Assembly: GCF_009914755.1 (NCBI RefSeq)
Contig: NC_060947.1
DNA length: 64,000 bases
Direction: 5' to 3' (one strand)
Source: the human T2T-CHM13v2.0 reference genome, Homo sapiens
The notes under the pieces are model-generated. The model was not told where the DNA came from. It was given only the letters and a program-made list of their open reading frames with translations, and made no database searches. Positions 46,203 through 60,708 of this stretch are shown here, piece after piece (the first letter of the stretch is position 1; the number at the start of each line of letters is the position of its first letter). The position numbers were made by a program, and so were the translations under genes.

Positions 46203-46748
46203 GTTTGTTTGTTTTTTCTTTCTGCTGGAAAGATACACGTAAATTTAGAATTAGTCAGCTGGACTCAGTTTAGATGATCCCAATTTTGTTGGCAACATCC
46301 AAAGCATTGTAATCAGGAGCCAGTCGAACGTATGCCTTCTTCTCTCCATCAGGTCAAATCAGGGTGTTGATTTGCCACATCAGTATCATAGAGCTTCTTC
46401 ACAGCCTGTTTGATCTGGTGCTTGTTGGCTTTAACATCCACAATGAACACAAGTGTGCTGTTGTCTCCTATCTTCTTCATGGCCGACACAGTGGTCAGCG
46501 GAAACTTGGTGATAGCATAGTAGTCAAGCTTGTTTCTCCTGGGGGCACTCCTCCGAGGATATTTGGGCTGCCTACAGAGTCGCAGTGACTTGGGCCGCTG
46601 GAAGGTGAGGGGTGTGTGGATCTTCTTTTTTGTGTGTGTGGTTGTGGACACCTTTCAACACTGTCTTCTTGGCCTTCAAAGCCTTTGCTTTGGCTTTGAC
46701 TTTAGGAGGGGCAGGAGCTTCCTTCTTCCCTTTCCGCGCCATCTTATC
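46203..46748 (-). pseudogene. Processed pseudogene of ribosomal protein L23a (uL23), antisense in KLF8 intron 1
   Basis: Intronless from ATG (46742) to TAA (46270): [26 protein letters not shown]...[28 protein letters not shown]...[20 protein letters not shown]...DGEKKAYVRLAPDYNALDVANKIGII. Frameshifts near 46635 and 46371, decayed poly(A), TSD GGGGTTTTCTG (46192-46202, 46749-46759). Confidence 0.97.
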
Positions 46749-46856
46749 GGGGTTTTCTGTTTTACAGCTACTTCTGAGTACCTGCTGTGGTGGTGGTTCT
46801 TATAATTTAGACTGGGTACCTCAAGTCACTCTCCAGCTTTTGTGTATGTTGAAACT

Positions 46857-46861
<5 letters not shown>

Positions 46862-46887
<26 letters not shown>

Positions 46888-47167
46888 GAGACGGAGTCTC
46901 ACTCTGTCTCCCAGACTAGAGTGCAATGGTGCGACCTCAGCTCACTGCAACCTCCCCATCTCCTGTGAAGCGATTCTCTTGCCTCAGCCTCCCAAGTAGC
47001 TGGGATTGCAGGCATGCACCACCACTCCCAGCTAATTTTTATATTTTCAGTAGAGACAGGGTTTCACCATGTTGGCCAGGATGGTCTCGATCTCCTGACC
47101 TCATGATCCACCTGCCACGGCCTCCAAAAGTGCTAGGATAACAGGCATGAGCCACCACGCCCGGCCC
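46862..47167 (-). mobile_element. AluS
   Basis: Full dimer; TSD AAACTCTTG. Confidence 0.96.
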
Positions 47168-47529
47168 AAAACTCTTGAATAGAAAAGTCATACAGAGCTG
47201 CCTGCTGAGGTGCTACAACTGGAAGGTGAGGTTGAGTTTTCCAATGGTGACAGGTGTGAGCCTGTTTGGGGGAAATGAGATAAATTGGAGGCTTTTGCAA
47301 TCTCCCTTTATTAAGTAGTTGGTTTATAGCAACCATTTATTCTCTGCTATGGAATCTGCTTAAAACAGAAGCTGGAAGATCCTACTGGTACCCAGGTAAT
47401 TTCATTATAGCTGCTTTATGTCTCCAGACTACTGAGGTTTAAATCTCCTCTCTGCTGTTTACTAACTTGGTGATTTGGTGGTAAGCAACTTCATCTCTCT
47501 GTGCCTTAGTTTCCTCATTTTTAAATTTC

Positions 47530-47820
47530 ATTCAATTCAATTTAATTTTTATTTTCTGTTTTTGAAACAGGGTCTCTCTGCACCCAGGCTAGACTGCGGT
47601 GGCACAATCATAGCTCACTGTAGCCTCTACCTTCTGGTCTCATGTGATCCTCTTGCCTCAGCCTCACACAACAACATGCCTGGCTAATTTTTAAATTTTT
47701 GGTAGAGATGGGGTCTCACTATGTTGCCCAGGCTATTCTCAAACTCCTGAGCTCAAGTTATCCTCCCGCCTTGGCCTCCCAAAGTGCTGGAACTACAAGC
47801 ATGAGCCACTGTGCCAGGCC
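47530..47820 (-). mobile_element. AluJ inside a MIR
   Basis: J-type ACAATCATAGCTCACTGTAGCCTC; internal deletion. Confidence 0.9.
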
Positions 47821-50356
47821 CTCTTTCTTCCTTTTTAAAATGAGGAAATAATGGTGCCTACTACTAGGGTTGTAAGGATTAAATGAAGATATCTATAGAT
47901 AGATAAATAGATATAAACAGAACAGTGTCTGACACAAAGTAAGCACTCAATGAATGTCGGCTGTTATAGTTCTTTTTATCACCATTCCATTATTAATGTC
48001 ATGCTGCAGAGATATCCTGAAGGCTTTCTCAAAGGCCCATTGCAACACTACTCTTAATTCCTCTGGAAGATGTGCAATAAAATTGTCTGAAAATAAATGT
48101 GTACTGTAGTCTTTCTCAAAACCCTTAAGCATTGATTTTTATTTTTAAATAGTTCCAGTACTTCTTATAGGTTAGAGGCCAAAGATGAATGATATCTGCT
48201 TAAGATCTTCCTAAGTGATTAGTTGTGTTGTCCTTAAATGTGTTCTTCTTTTAGCAGACAGTTTTTCAGAAAGAAGGTGCTCACCAGATTTGAGGTATTA
48301 GAAAATGGTTGGGGAGCACTATAATTTGAGTCAGAGGACTAAAGTTTCAGTTCTGATTCTAGCACTTCTAAACTATGTGATGTCAGGCCTCCAAATTTAT
48401 TATGTGTGAAATGGAAATTATATGAAAGCTGTGTATTTCCTTACTGTAAAGCTATGTTGATGTATATAAGACATTATTTGAATTGTCCAAATGCTGTATC
48501 CTGTCAAAGCACAAGGTCTTTCTTAGGCCCGGGTCAGGGTTTCCAGTGCTCTGCTTTCTTTTTAGTTGTAGGTTCTAATGACTCTGCTTTGCACCCCTTG
48601 TCACTTTATCTCTAGGCATTTTTCCCTTTCAGGGTTGGCCAAAGGATGGGATGTTTTCTTCTTAGCCAGCACCTGCTCCAGTTCCTTGGAGGCACTGTTC
48701 ACTTTTGTAAGACAAGCTGATCATTATAGGAAATGCCACTTTTGTATAATATAAACTTGGGGACATGACAAAAGTTACATAATTTTATCAAACTCCTGTA
48801 GTCACAGTACCTGGAATGTGGTTTGTGATGTCCTGCATATATGAGACATTGACCCACTGGCGATGGGACTCAATCTTCTTCCCTATTTCTTCCTCCTCTG
48901 TTTCCTTCTATAGGACCCATGCCCTTAGGAGAAGGACCAGAAAGTCCAGCTTGTAGACACAAAGGCTTGAAGAGCCAATCCAAGCAGAATAATGGTTATT
49001 ACCTCAAGTTGGTAATTTGCATTTCTGGTGTCCTCCTGCCTGAGTGATTCACATCTCAATGGCCCAGGCCATATATACTATAACCCCCTTTTGTATATTT
49101 CCTTACCACTTCCCTGACAGCTTTTGTGCAGCTGTCTGGTCTCTCTTAGGCACTTAGAGCAGAAATTCCAACTCTAGAGAAGAGCAAGAGGCTCATAAAT
49201 CCCTCTTCAAAAAAAAACAGAGCCTTCTTTAAGACCTTCTGTGGGCCTTAATTTTCTTCAGTTTTCAATTTTGCCTGGGTAAATATTTTTTAAAATTAAA
49301 TTTAAAAAAGGAGGTTATATACCTTCCCAGTATCTTTCCTTATAGTCATTCCTACCAATATTTAGAAGGTTGACCAGGATTACCTAATGGCTATTCCATT
49401 TGGCTGTTTTCTGGGTGAGGGCACTAACCAGAAATGGCTGAGACATTATTAATTGTCAGCTCTCCCTCTTATACTATTTTACTAAAATATTTGTGATATA
49501 GGAGGGCCAAGAAGTATTTTTCAGGCTCCTTGATTGTTGCTATTAAAGCTTTTGAAGATGGGCAGTTATAGTTCTGGATATGGCTCTATCTTTCCTCATT
49601 TCCCTGATCATTCATTCCTTTATTCACTGGACATTAGTACATAGTGTATAGGAGATGCTCTGCTAAAAGATAGGGATACAAAAAAAGGAACAAGACTAGG
49701 TAACTATTGAAGGGCTCACCTGGTGGTGAAGGAAACAGACAGTTCCTCTTTGTGCCAGGTACTGTTGTAAATACTTGAACATATATCAACTTGATACATC
49801 CTCATAGTAATTCTGTGACCTGGTACTATAATTATTCCCATTTTACAGATGAGAAAACAGACACAGGAGGCTGGAAAAACTTTGCCCAACTTCTTACTGT
49901 TAAGAAGTCACAGAATCAGAATGTGATTCTAGGCACTCACTCCAGAGCCCACATGTTTTACTACACTTTGAGAGCAATGTGGAGTATTGACCAGAAGGGG
50001 AAGGAAGTGACTATGAAATGATGAAGGGCTAGATTTAAGAGATATATCTGCAGGAGAATTATTATAGCTGATAACCAACTGGCTGAAGATAGGGAGAGAG
50101 GAGTCAAAGGTGGCTGACCCCTAGGTTTTTAGACTGATAGACTGGGTTTATGGTGGTGCTAGAAATTAAGATTAGAAATATAAGAGGTGGAGCAGGTTTG
50201 TGAACTCATGGGGTATAAAAGTCCTATTTGATACACAGGACAGATTCTTTGGGCCAGAGTTCAAGATTCTGATAATCAACAATAATAATGGTGGTGATAA
50301 TAGCTAACTGAGAGTGTTCTATATGCCAGGATTTGTTTTAAGTGTATTTACATGTA

Positions 50357-51710
50357 CAGTTATTCATCCCTTAATGAAGGGGATATGTTCTGCAAAATAC
50401 ATCCTTAGACAATTTTTACATTGTGTGAATATCATAGAATGTACTAACATAAACCTAGATGGTATAATCTACTACAACCTAGGCTATATGGTATAGCTTA
50501 TTGCTCCTAGGCTACAAACTTCTATAGCATGTTACTGTACTGGACACTGTAGGCAGTTGTAGCATAATGGTGTATATTTGTGTATCTAAACATAGAAAAG
50601 GCACAGTTAAAATATGGCATAAAAGATTTTAAAATGGTGTACCTGAACACCACTTAACATGAAGGAAACTTGCAGAACTAGAAGTTGCTCTGAGTAAGTC
50701 ACTTAGTGAGTAGCGAGTGAATGTTAAGGCCTAGGACATTACTGTACCTTACTTTAGACTTTTTAAACAGTGTACACTAGGCTACACTAAATTTATAAAC
50801 AATTTTTTCTTATAAATTAACCTTAGCTTACTATAACTTTTTTAGCTTAAAACACAAATCCTGTACAGCTGTACAAAAATATTTTATTTCTTTGTATTCT
50901 TATTTTATAAGCTTTTTTCTATTGTTAATTATTTTTTTTTTGCTTTTTACAAGTTTTTGTTAAAAACTAAGACACAAAGACACATCAGCCTAGGCCTATG
51001 AGGGTCAGGATCATCAATATCACTGTCTTCTACCTTATATCTTGTCCCACTGGAAGATCTTCAGGGGTAATAACATGCATGGAGCTGCCGTCTGGTATGA
51101 CAACAATACCTTCTTCTGGGATACCTCCTGAAAGACCTGCCTGAGAATGTTTTATAATTAACTTTTTTTTAGTAAGTAGAAGGAGTACACTCTAAAATGA
51201 TGATAGAATGTATAGTGTAGTAAATACAGAAAACAATAACATAGTCATTTATTATCATTGTTAAGTATTACATACTGTATATAATTATATTGACTGACAG
51301 CACAGTCGATTTGTTTACACCAGCATCACCACAAATACATGAGTAATGCTTTGCACTGTGACATTACAGCGGGTATGATATCACTAGGTGATAGGAATTT
51401 TTTAGCTCTGTTATAATTGTATAGAATCATTGTCGTATCTATGAGAACACTTGGACACAGGAAGGGGAACATCACACACTGGGGCCTGTCATGGGGTGGG
51501 GGGAGAGCGGAGGGATAGCATTAGGAGATATACCTAATGTAAATGACGAGTTAATGGGTGCAGCACACCAACATGGCACATGGATACATATGTAACAAAC
51601 CTGCACGTTGTGCACGTGTACCCTAGAACTTAAAGTATGAAAAAAAAAAAGAACAGTGTCGTATCTGTGGGTCATCGTTGACTGAAACGTCATTACATGG
51701 CATATGAATG
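50357..51710. mobile_element. Tigger3 (GOLEM)-family non-autonomous DNA transposon
   Basis: Left end CAGTTATTCATCCCTTAATGAAGGGGATATGTTCTG...AAACCTAGATGG, right end GAAACGTCATTACATGGCATATGAATG, TA at both flanks. Confidence 0.9.
51441..51650 (+). mobile_element. L1PA 3'UTR fragment nested in Tigger3
   Basis: GGAGGGATAGCATTAGGAGATATACCTAATGTAAATGACGAGTTAATGGGTGCAGCACACC plus A tail; TSD ending in TGTCGTATCT on both sides. Confidence 0.95.
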
Positions 51711-52459
51711 TATTAACATGGAATGTTCACATTAACTCTGTTAAGGCAATACCGTGTTACCCCCTCTTTTGGCAGGTGAAGAAACTGAGGTTCATAGAAG
51801 CTAATATAGCCTCTCAGAATCACTCTGCTTCCTCAACTCTGCTGTCTCTTAATCCATAGGAATCGAAGAACAGATTGGAGTTGGCTGTCTTAAGTTGTAC
51901 TTGCTAGAAATAATGAAGCCTGTTGAAGGTGTTGTGTGAATGCAGAGGGAGAATCGAATCTTCTCCACTCCTACGCATGGTTCTGGCAGCAACAAAGAAA
52001 GCTCTCCTGGCGTTTTGGTGCCCCCCTGTGGGCTGTATGAGAGTTACCTGACCTCACATTCTTTTTCCACCATCACACCTCCTTTTCCTGTCTTAGAAAT
52101 CAGAAAAAGCTTAGCTACCCTCTCTACCACCTCTCACTTCATAGTTAATTACACCTCAGGCATCTTTCATGCATAAATTCTCTAATTTTCTTTCGTTCTT
52201 TTCCACCCTTTTCCAATTTCTGTACTTGAGAAAACACATTCCCTCACTCTCCTTTTCTGTCACTGTCATCAAAAACCTTCGAAAATGTGATTAAACACCT
52301 ACCATGTACCAGGCAATGTTCTAGGGCCTTGGAATACATTAGTGAAAAAAACAAAGATGAAAGTATCTGCCTGCAAGGAGCTCAGATTCTATTGGAAGTC
52401 AGTTTTCTTAATTCTGGCTTCTACTATTCTTATTACTTACTACAGTTCCTCCATTAACC

Positions 52460-52836
52460 TGTTAAAAGAGAAACTTTAGACAAATTACACTTAACAGTTT
52501 AATCGAGCAAAGAATGATTCATGAATCAGGCAGCCCCCAGAAGAAATAATAGATTCAGAGCAACTCTGGGGCTGCCATGTAGTCAGATAATATTTATGGA
52601 CAGAAAATGGAAGTGAGGTACAGAAACAGCTGGATTGGTTATATCTCAGTATTTGCCTTATTCAAACACTTTGAGTTGTTGACTGCCTGTAATTGGCTGA
52701 AACTCTGTGATTGGCGCAACAGTAGATTACACTGTCTACACATCCAGTTAGGTTATGGTTCATTATGGATGGGGAAACCTTTAGGCTGAACTTGAAATAT
52801 GTAAGGAGGAAGCTTTAAGCTAACCTTAATTTAACA
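52460..52836 (-). mobile_element. MER57-like ERV1 solo LTR
   Basis: TGTTAAAA...TTTAACA termini, internal GGAAGTGAGGTACAGAAACAGCTGGATTGGTTA, 4-bp TSD AACC. Confidence 0.85.
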
Positions 52837-53564
52837 AACCCCACCCCCAAGTTCCATGGAAGCCTTAGGGTTCTGCAGAGGATAGTCTGAAATCTTTTAA
52901 TCATAGATGGACAAGTTGTGGCTTAGGAAAAAAAAGGCCTTGCCAAAGATTATGGGATGTGAGTGCTGCACATCTAACTCCCAGAAAATCTGGTTGAGGA
53001 AGAAAGCTAGTAGGTGCTTCTAGTATGAATGACTGATGGTTTAAGGCAGCTGAATTAAGACACTAATTCCTTTTTTTAAGAGGAAAAACTAAAGAAGAAA
53101 GAGAAAACTGTTTTTATTACCCCACCTGGCTTGCAGATTTAAGAGACGTAGACAGATAAAATACGTCTCTAGAGAGATTTGGCCTTGATGTGTAAATAAG
53201 TTCACTCGGGTAAATATATATATAGGAGCTTGGAACTCCTTCAAGCAAGAACTAGACCAGGAAGGTAGAATACTGAAAACTGTAGCTATACTGATGTTCC
53301 TCTGAAGGCAGAGCATGTTGGAGAAATAGGAAGAAACAGATTACCTGCATGCAGTTTGGTGGAGGGGAGCAGCTAATATTATTGGGGAAAAGTTAGGTCC
53401 ATCTTGATGAGTAAAATAAATCAGAAGGTTTCAATGACTTATCAGTATCTGGTAAGCACTGAAAGATAAAGGTCATAGAACACACATAACATTAATGGCA
53501 TATTTATGCATATAGTGGGTTAGATTTTATTCTGAAAGTTGTCTTTTCCTTTTCTCTTTTCCAG

Positions 53565-53638
53565 ATATGGATAAACTCATAAACAACTTGGAGGTCCAAC
53601 TTAATTCAGAAGGTGGCTCAATGCAGGTATTCAAGCAG
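53565..53638 (+). CDS. KLF8: KLF8 coding exon 2 (74 nt; (D)MDKLINNLEVQLNSEGGSMQVFKQ)
   Basis: Strong acceptor TCTTTTCCTTTTCTCTTTTCCAG, donor CAG|GTCAGT at 53639. 7+74=81 nt = 27 codons matching the recalled KLF8 residues 1-27. Confidence 0.95.
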
Positions 53639-53987
53639 GTCAGTTATCAGGAAAATAGGGTGCTAATATTGGGCCATAATAGTATTGAATACCTGGTAGT
53701 GATTACAGAATTTAAACTCATTTTTCTTTCTATAACATGTTTGGGGATTGAGAAGAGGTGAAGGAAGACATATTTCTAGAAAGTATATGAATGCCTTGGT
53801 TTCATATTCAGCTGGGGAGTAGATCTGGCCTAAAAGAAACATAGCCTCTGGAATCAAGGCTATAAAGACAAGAGTAGACCTTTAGTAGACAATAGCAACT
53901 ATTTATATAGCACTATTTCATATTTCAGATAGGATGAAGATTAAATGCATTGTCTTATTTAATCTTCACCATAATCCTGTTGAACAG

Positions 53988-54447
53988 TGTATTAATTAGT
54001 ATTCTCCAGAGAAACAGAACCAACAGGATATGTGTGTATGGTGTATGTGTGTGTGTATGCATATATGTACATGGAGAGAGAGAGAGAGAGAGATTTCAAG
54101 AAATTGGCTCATTAGATTGTGGAGGCATGGCAAGTCCAAAACCCCATCAGGGGTAGGCCGGCAGGCTGGAGATTCAGAAGGAGTTACAGTTTGAGTCCAA
54201 AAGCAGATTGTGAGAAGAATTCTTTCTTGCTCTATGGAGGACAGTCTTTGTTTTAAAAACTAAGGTCTTCAACTGATTGGTTGAGGACCACTCACATTAT
54301 AGAGAGTAATGTGCCCTATTTAAAGTACAATGTTTTAAATGTTGGTCTCATCCAAAAAAATACCTTCACAGAAACATCTAGAATAATGTTTGACCAAATA
54401 TCTGGGCACTGTAGCCCAGCCAAGTTGTCACATAAAATTAACCATCA
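53988..54447 (-). mobile_element. MLT2 (ERVL) solo LTR
   Basis: TTCTCCAGAGAAACAGAACCAACAGGA...(TG)/(GA) tract...CACATAAAATTAACCATCA. Confidence 0.88.
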
Positions 54448-54751
54448 TTATTCTTAGTTTCCCCATTTGATGGAAAATAAAACTGGCCTTGAACACTCCA
54501 AGAATTAGGATTCGAAACAGGTTATCTGGATTTTATGTCCCAGGGCTCTGTGCTAGATGTTGAAGTCCCGTCTTTCTTGGGGTTGCAAATTCACTGCATG
54601 AGTGAAACTCAAATACAGTCAAAATTAACCTTGAAAATCCTTAAATCACCTATAGACTTGAGTATACCGTGTTGTATATACAATACTTGTCTGTTTCTTT
54701 ATTTAATTCATCAGATAAAGTTGGTTACATTTAGGAATCTTTTTGTTATAA

Positions 54752-55094
<343 letters not shown>

Positions 55095-55350
55095 TTATTT
55101 TTAATTTTTGTAGGTACATAGTAGGCGTATATATTTATGGGATACATTGAGATGTTTTCATACAGGCATGCAATGTGAAATAATCACATTATGGAGAATG
55201 GGGTATCCATCCCTGCAGCATTTATCCTTTGTGTTACAAACAATGCAATTACACTCTTTTAGATATTTTTTAAGTGTACAATTAAGTTATTATTGACTCT
55301 AGTCACCCTATCATGCTATCAAATAGTAGGTCTTATTTGTTATTTCCAAC

Positions 55351-55648
<298 letters not shown>

Positions 55649-57040
55649 AATTTCTAACTATTTTTTCGTACACATTCACCATGACCACCTCCTCCTCAAC
55701 ACCCCACTGCCCTTCCCAGCCTCTGGTAACCATCCTTCTACTCTCTATGTCCATGAGTTCAATGGTTTCGATTTTTAGATCCCACAAATAAATAAGAACA
55801 TGTGATATTTGTCTTTCTATACCTGACTTATTTCACTGAACATAATAATCTCCAGTTCCACCCATGTTATTGCAAATGACAGGATCTCATTCTTTTTATG
55901 GCTGAATAGTACTCCATTGTGTATCTGTAACACATTTTCTTTATCCATTCATCTGTTGATGAATACTTAGGTTGCTTCCAAATCTTAGCTATTGTGAATA
56001 GTGCTGCAACAAACATGGAAGTGCAGATATCTCTTTGATATACTGATTTCCTTTCTTTTTGGTATATACCCAGCAGTGGGATTGCTGGATCATATAGTAG
56101 CTCAATTTTCAATTTTTTTGAGGAACCTCCAAATTGTTCTCCATAGTGGCTGTACTAATTTACATTCCCACCAACAGTGCACAAGTGTTTTCTTTTCTCC
56201 ACATCCTCACCAGCATTTATTATTGCCTAACTCTTGGATAAAAGCCATTTTAAATATCTCATTGTAGTTTTGATTTACATTTCTCTGATGATCACTGATG
56301 TTGAGCACCTTTTCATATACCTGTTTGCCATTTGTATGTCTTCTTCTGAGAAATGTCTATTCAAATGTTTTACCCATTTTTAAATTGAATTATTAGACTT
56401 TTTTCTATTGAGTTGTTTGAGCTCATTATATATTCTGGTGATTAATCTGTTGTCAGATGGGTAGTTTACAAATATTTTCTCCCAATCTATGGGTTGTCTC
56501 TTCACTTTGTTGATTGAATCCTTTGCTTTGCAGAAGCTTTTTAATTGATGTGATCCCATTTGTTCCTGTTTGCTTTGGTTGCCTGTGTTTGTGGGGTATT
56601 GCTCAAGAAATTTTTGCCCAGACCAATGTCCTGGAGATTTTCCCAAATATTTTCTGCAGCAGTTTCATAGTTTGAGGTCTTAGATTTAACTCTTTAATCC
56701 ATTTTAATTTAATTTTTGTATATGGTTAGAGATAGGGTTCTGGTTTCATTTTTCTGCATATGGATATCCAGGTTTCCCAGCACCATTTATTGAAGAGACC
56801 ACGCATTCCCCAATGTATGTTCCTGGCACCTTTGTAAAAAATGAATTCTTTGTAGATGTATGGCTTTATTTCTGGGTTCTCTATTTTGTTCCATTGCACT
56901 GTATGTTTGTTTTCATGCCAATACAATGCCATTTTGGTTACTATAGCTCTATAGTATAACTTGAAGTCAGGTAATGTGATTCCTTCAGTTTTGTTCTTTT
57001 TGCTTAGGATAACAGGCTATTCTCGGTATTTGTGGTTTGA

Positions 57041-57457
<417 letters not shown>

Positions 57458-57520
57458 CAAGAATGTCATTGGTATTTTGATAGGGATTTTATTGAATCTG
57501 TATTGTGTTTTAGGTAGCAT

Positions 57521-58353
57521 TGAAGAAGGATATTTCCTTGACCCCTTCGTGGGTGGGAACTGGAGTGCACTGGTGCTGGACCTAGCTGGCGCTTTGGCAC
57601 TAGCAGGGGCGAATTCCACTCACTTAAACCTGCTGTGTTCTACCCCTTGTGGGAGGGGAATCACAGGTCAGTGGGTGCAGGAGCTGGGGTGAGTGCCTTT
57701 GGGCACCGGCAGGAGCAAAACTCTATGCGCACCCCACAGCAGAGTCCGGGGGGCGGGGTGCCTGCGACCCTTGAAGCCCCAGAAGGAGTGTTACAGTACC
57801 CTTTTAGCTTTGCTGTTTGCAGATGGCTTAAGCATTAACAGCTCACCAGAGGGTCAGTGTGACAGCCTTCTGCACCCACACTGAAGTTCTTGTCTGGCAT
57901 CCAGGAGGAATGAGGTTACACAATGAATCAAAGGTGGTTAATGTGGGAGATTTTATTGCTGATCAAAGTGGCTATCAGTGGGAGGGGGAGCTGAAAAGGG
58001 GATGGAGTGGGAAGGTAATCTTCCCCTGGATTCCAGCTGTCCCCATCTGGACTCCTCTCCAAAGCTATGCCATCAAGCTGTCCCTCTGAAGTCAAGCCAC
58101 TTCTCTCCAACATCCAACTATAATCTCCAACGTTTAGCTGCTTCTCCTCTTTCTGCCAGCTGAGCCTGGGTTTTTATGGGCACAGGATAGGGGGCAGGGT
58201 CAACCATGGGTGGTTTTGGAAAAGGCAACATTCAAGCAGGAAAACGGAAATATAAGTTCTCACTTTGGACTGTGGTTCCAGGCTTCAGGGTGGGGCCCTC
58301 ACCAGGGACCTGCCCACTTCTGCCTAGAATTTCCCTGCCTCCTGTCCCTGTCA
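57521..58353 (-). mobile_element. ERV1 solo LTR, MER52/LTR27/LTR28 group
   Basis: TGAAGA...CCTGTCCCTGTCA termini; 4-bp TSD GCAT/GTAT; the L1 resumes directly afterwards. Confidence 0.85.
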
Positions 58354-60031
58354 GTATGGACATTTCAACAATATTGATTCTTCCAATCCATGAACATAGA
58401 ATATTTTTCCATTTTTTGATGTCCTCTTCAATTTCTTTCTTCAGTGTTTTATAGTTTTCATTGTAGACATCTCCCACTTCTTTGGTTAATTTGTAGGTAT
58501 TTAATTTTATGTGTGGCTATTGTAAACAGGTTTACTTTTTTATTTCTTTTTCAGATTGTTCACTGTTGACATAAAGATGCTACTGATTTGATTAGTTTGA
58601 TTTTCTATACTGCAGCTTTACTGAATTTGTTTATGGGTTCTAATAGTTTTTTGTGGAGTTTTTAGGTTTTTCCAAATATAGGATCATATCATCTGCAAAC
58701 AAAAATAATTTGACTTCTTTTTTTCCAATTTGAATGCCCTTTATATCTTTCTCTTTTCTGATGGCTCTAGCCAGGACTTCCAATACTATGTGGAATAACA
58801 GTGTTGACAATGGGCATCCTTGACATGTGCCAGGTCTTAGAGGAAAGGCTTTCAGTTTTTCCCTATTCGATATGATACTAGCTGTGGGTCTGTTTTATAT
58901 GGCTTTTATTATGCTGAGGTGTTACTTGTATCCCCAGTTTTTTGAAGGGATGTTGAATTTTATCAAATGCTTTTTCAGCATCAATTGAAATAATCATGGT
59001 CTTTAATCCTTCATTCTGTTGATATTATGTATCACATTGATTGATTTGTGTGTTGAACTGTCTTTGCACCCAGGGATCCCACTTGGTCAGGATGAAGGAT
59101 CTTTCTAATATATTGTTGAATTTGGTTTGCCAGTAGCTTGTTGAGGATTTTTGCATCAGTATTCATCAGAGATATTGGCCTGTAATTTTCTTTTTTTGAA
59201 GTGTCTTTGTCTGGTTTTGGTATCAGGGTAATACTGGCCTTGTAGAATGAGTTTGGAAATAGTTCCTCCTCTATTTTTCAGAATAGTTTCAGTAGAATTG
59301 GTATGAGCTCTTCTTTAAATGTTTGGTAGAATTCAGCTGTGAAGCCATCAGGTCCTGGGCTTTTCTTTACTAGGAGACTTTTTATTATGGCTTCAATCTC
59401 ATTACTTGTTATTGGTCTGTTCATGTTTTGGATTTCATGGTTCAATCTTGGTAGGTTATATGTGTCTAGGAATTTGTCCATTTTTTTCTAGATTTTTCAA
59501 TTCATTGACATGTAATTGCTCATAGTGGCTACTAATGATCCTTTGAATTTCTGCAATATCAGTTGTAATGTCTCCTTTTTCATTTCTGATATTATTTATT
59601 TGGATCTTCTCTCTTTTTTTCTCATTAGCCTGGCTAAAGGTATGTCAATTTTGTTTAACTTTTCAAAAAACAACTTTTTGTTTCACTGATCTTTTGTATT
59701 TTATTTCAAATTCTTTTAATTCTCCTCTCATCTTTGTTATTTCTTCTACTAATTTTGGGGTTGGTTTGCTCTTGTTTTTCTATTTTTTTTTCCAAAAGAA
59801 TATGCAGGTATCATTGCTTTTCTAGGTCTTTAAGATGAATTATTAGATTGTCTGTTTGAAGTTTTTTCTGTCTTCTGATGTAGGCACTTACAGCTATAAA
59901 ACTTCCCTCTTATGACTGTTTTTGCTATATTCCATAGGTTTTGATATGTTGTTTTCCATTATCACTTGTTTCAAGAAATTTTTCAATTTTCTTCTTAATT
60001 TCTTCATTGACTCACTGGTCATTCAGGAGCA

Positions 60032-60343
60032 ATTTTTGTTGTAGTTGGTTTTTTTGTTTGTTTGTGACAGAGTTTCACTGTTGTTGCCCAGTCTGGAGTG
60101 AAATGGTGTGATCTCAGCTCACTGCAACTTCTGTCCCCTGAGTTCAAGTGATTTTCCTGCCTCAGGCTCCCAAATAGCTGGGATTACAGGCATGTGCCAC
60201 CACACCTGGCTAATTTTGTATTTTTAGTAGAGACGGCGTTTCTCCATGTTGGTCAGGCTGGTCTCGAACTCCCAACCTCAGGTGATCTGTCTGCCTCGGC
60301 CTCCCAAAGTGCTGGGATTACAGGCGTGAGCCACCTTGCCTGG
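60032..60343 (-). mobile_element. AluS (Sp/Sq-like)
   Basis: Full dimer; TSD CAGGAGCA. Confidence 0.95.
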
Positions 60344-60708
60344 CAGGAGCATATTTTTTAATTTCCCTAATTAAGTTAAAGTTTAATAATATTATTAAAC
60401 ATTAATAAATTAATGTTTTATAATACTACTGGTGTATGGTGTTTGTATAGTTTCCTAAATTCCTCTTGTTATTAATTTCTAGTTTTATTCTATTGTGGTC
60501 AGAGAAGATGCTTGATGTTATTTCAGGTTTTCTGAGTGTCTTAAGGTGTGTTTTGTCACCTAACATATAGTCTGTCACTGAGAATGATCCTTGTGCTGGG
60601 GAAAACAATGTGTATTCTTCGGCCATTGGATGAAATGTTCTGTAAATATATATTGGATCCATTTGGTCTATAGTGCAGATTAAGTCTGATGTTTCTTTGT
60701 TGAGTGTC

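Noticed and set aside
46349-46651. Functional RPL23A gene
   Set aside because: Intronless, frameshifted, with TSD and decayed poly(A): a processed pseudogene.
53639-53761. C-terminal part of the 64-aa ORF starting MDKLINN
   Set aside because: Similarity to KLF8 ends at the donor at 53639; the rest is intron 2.
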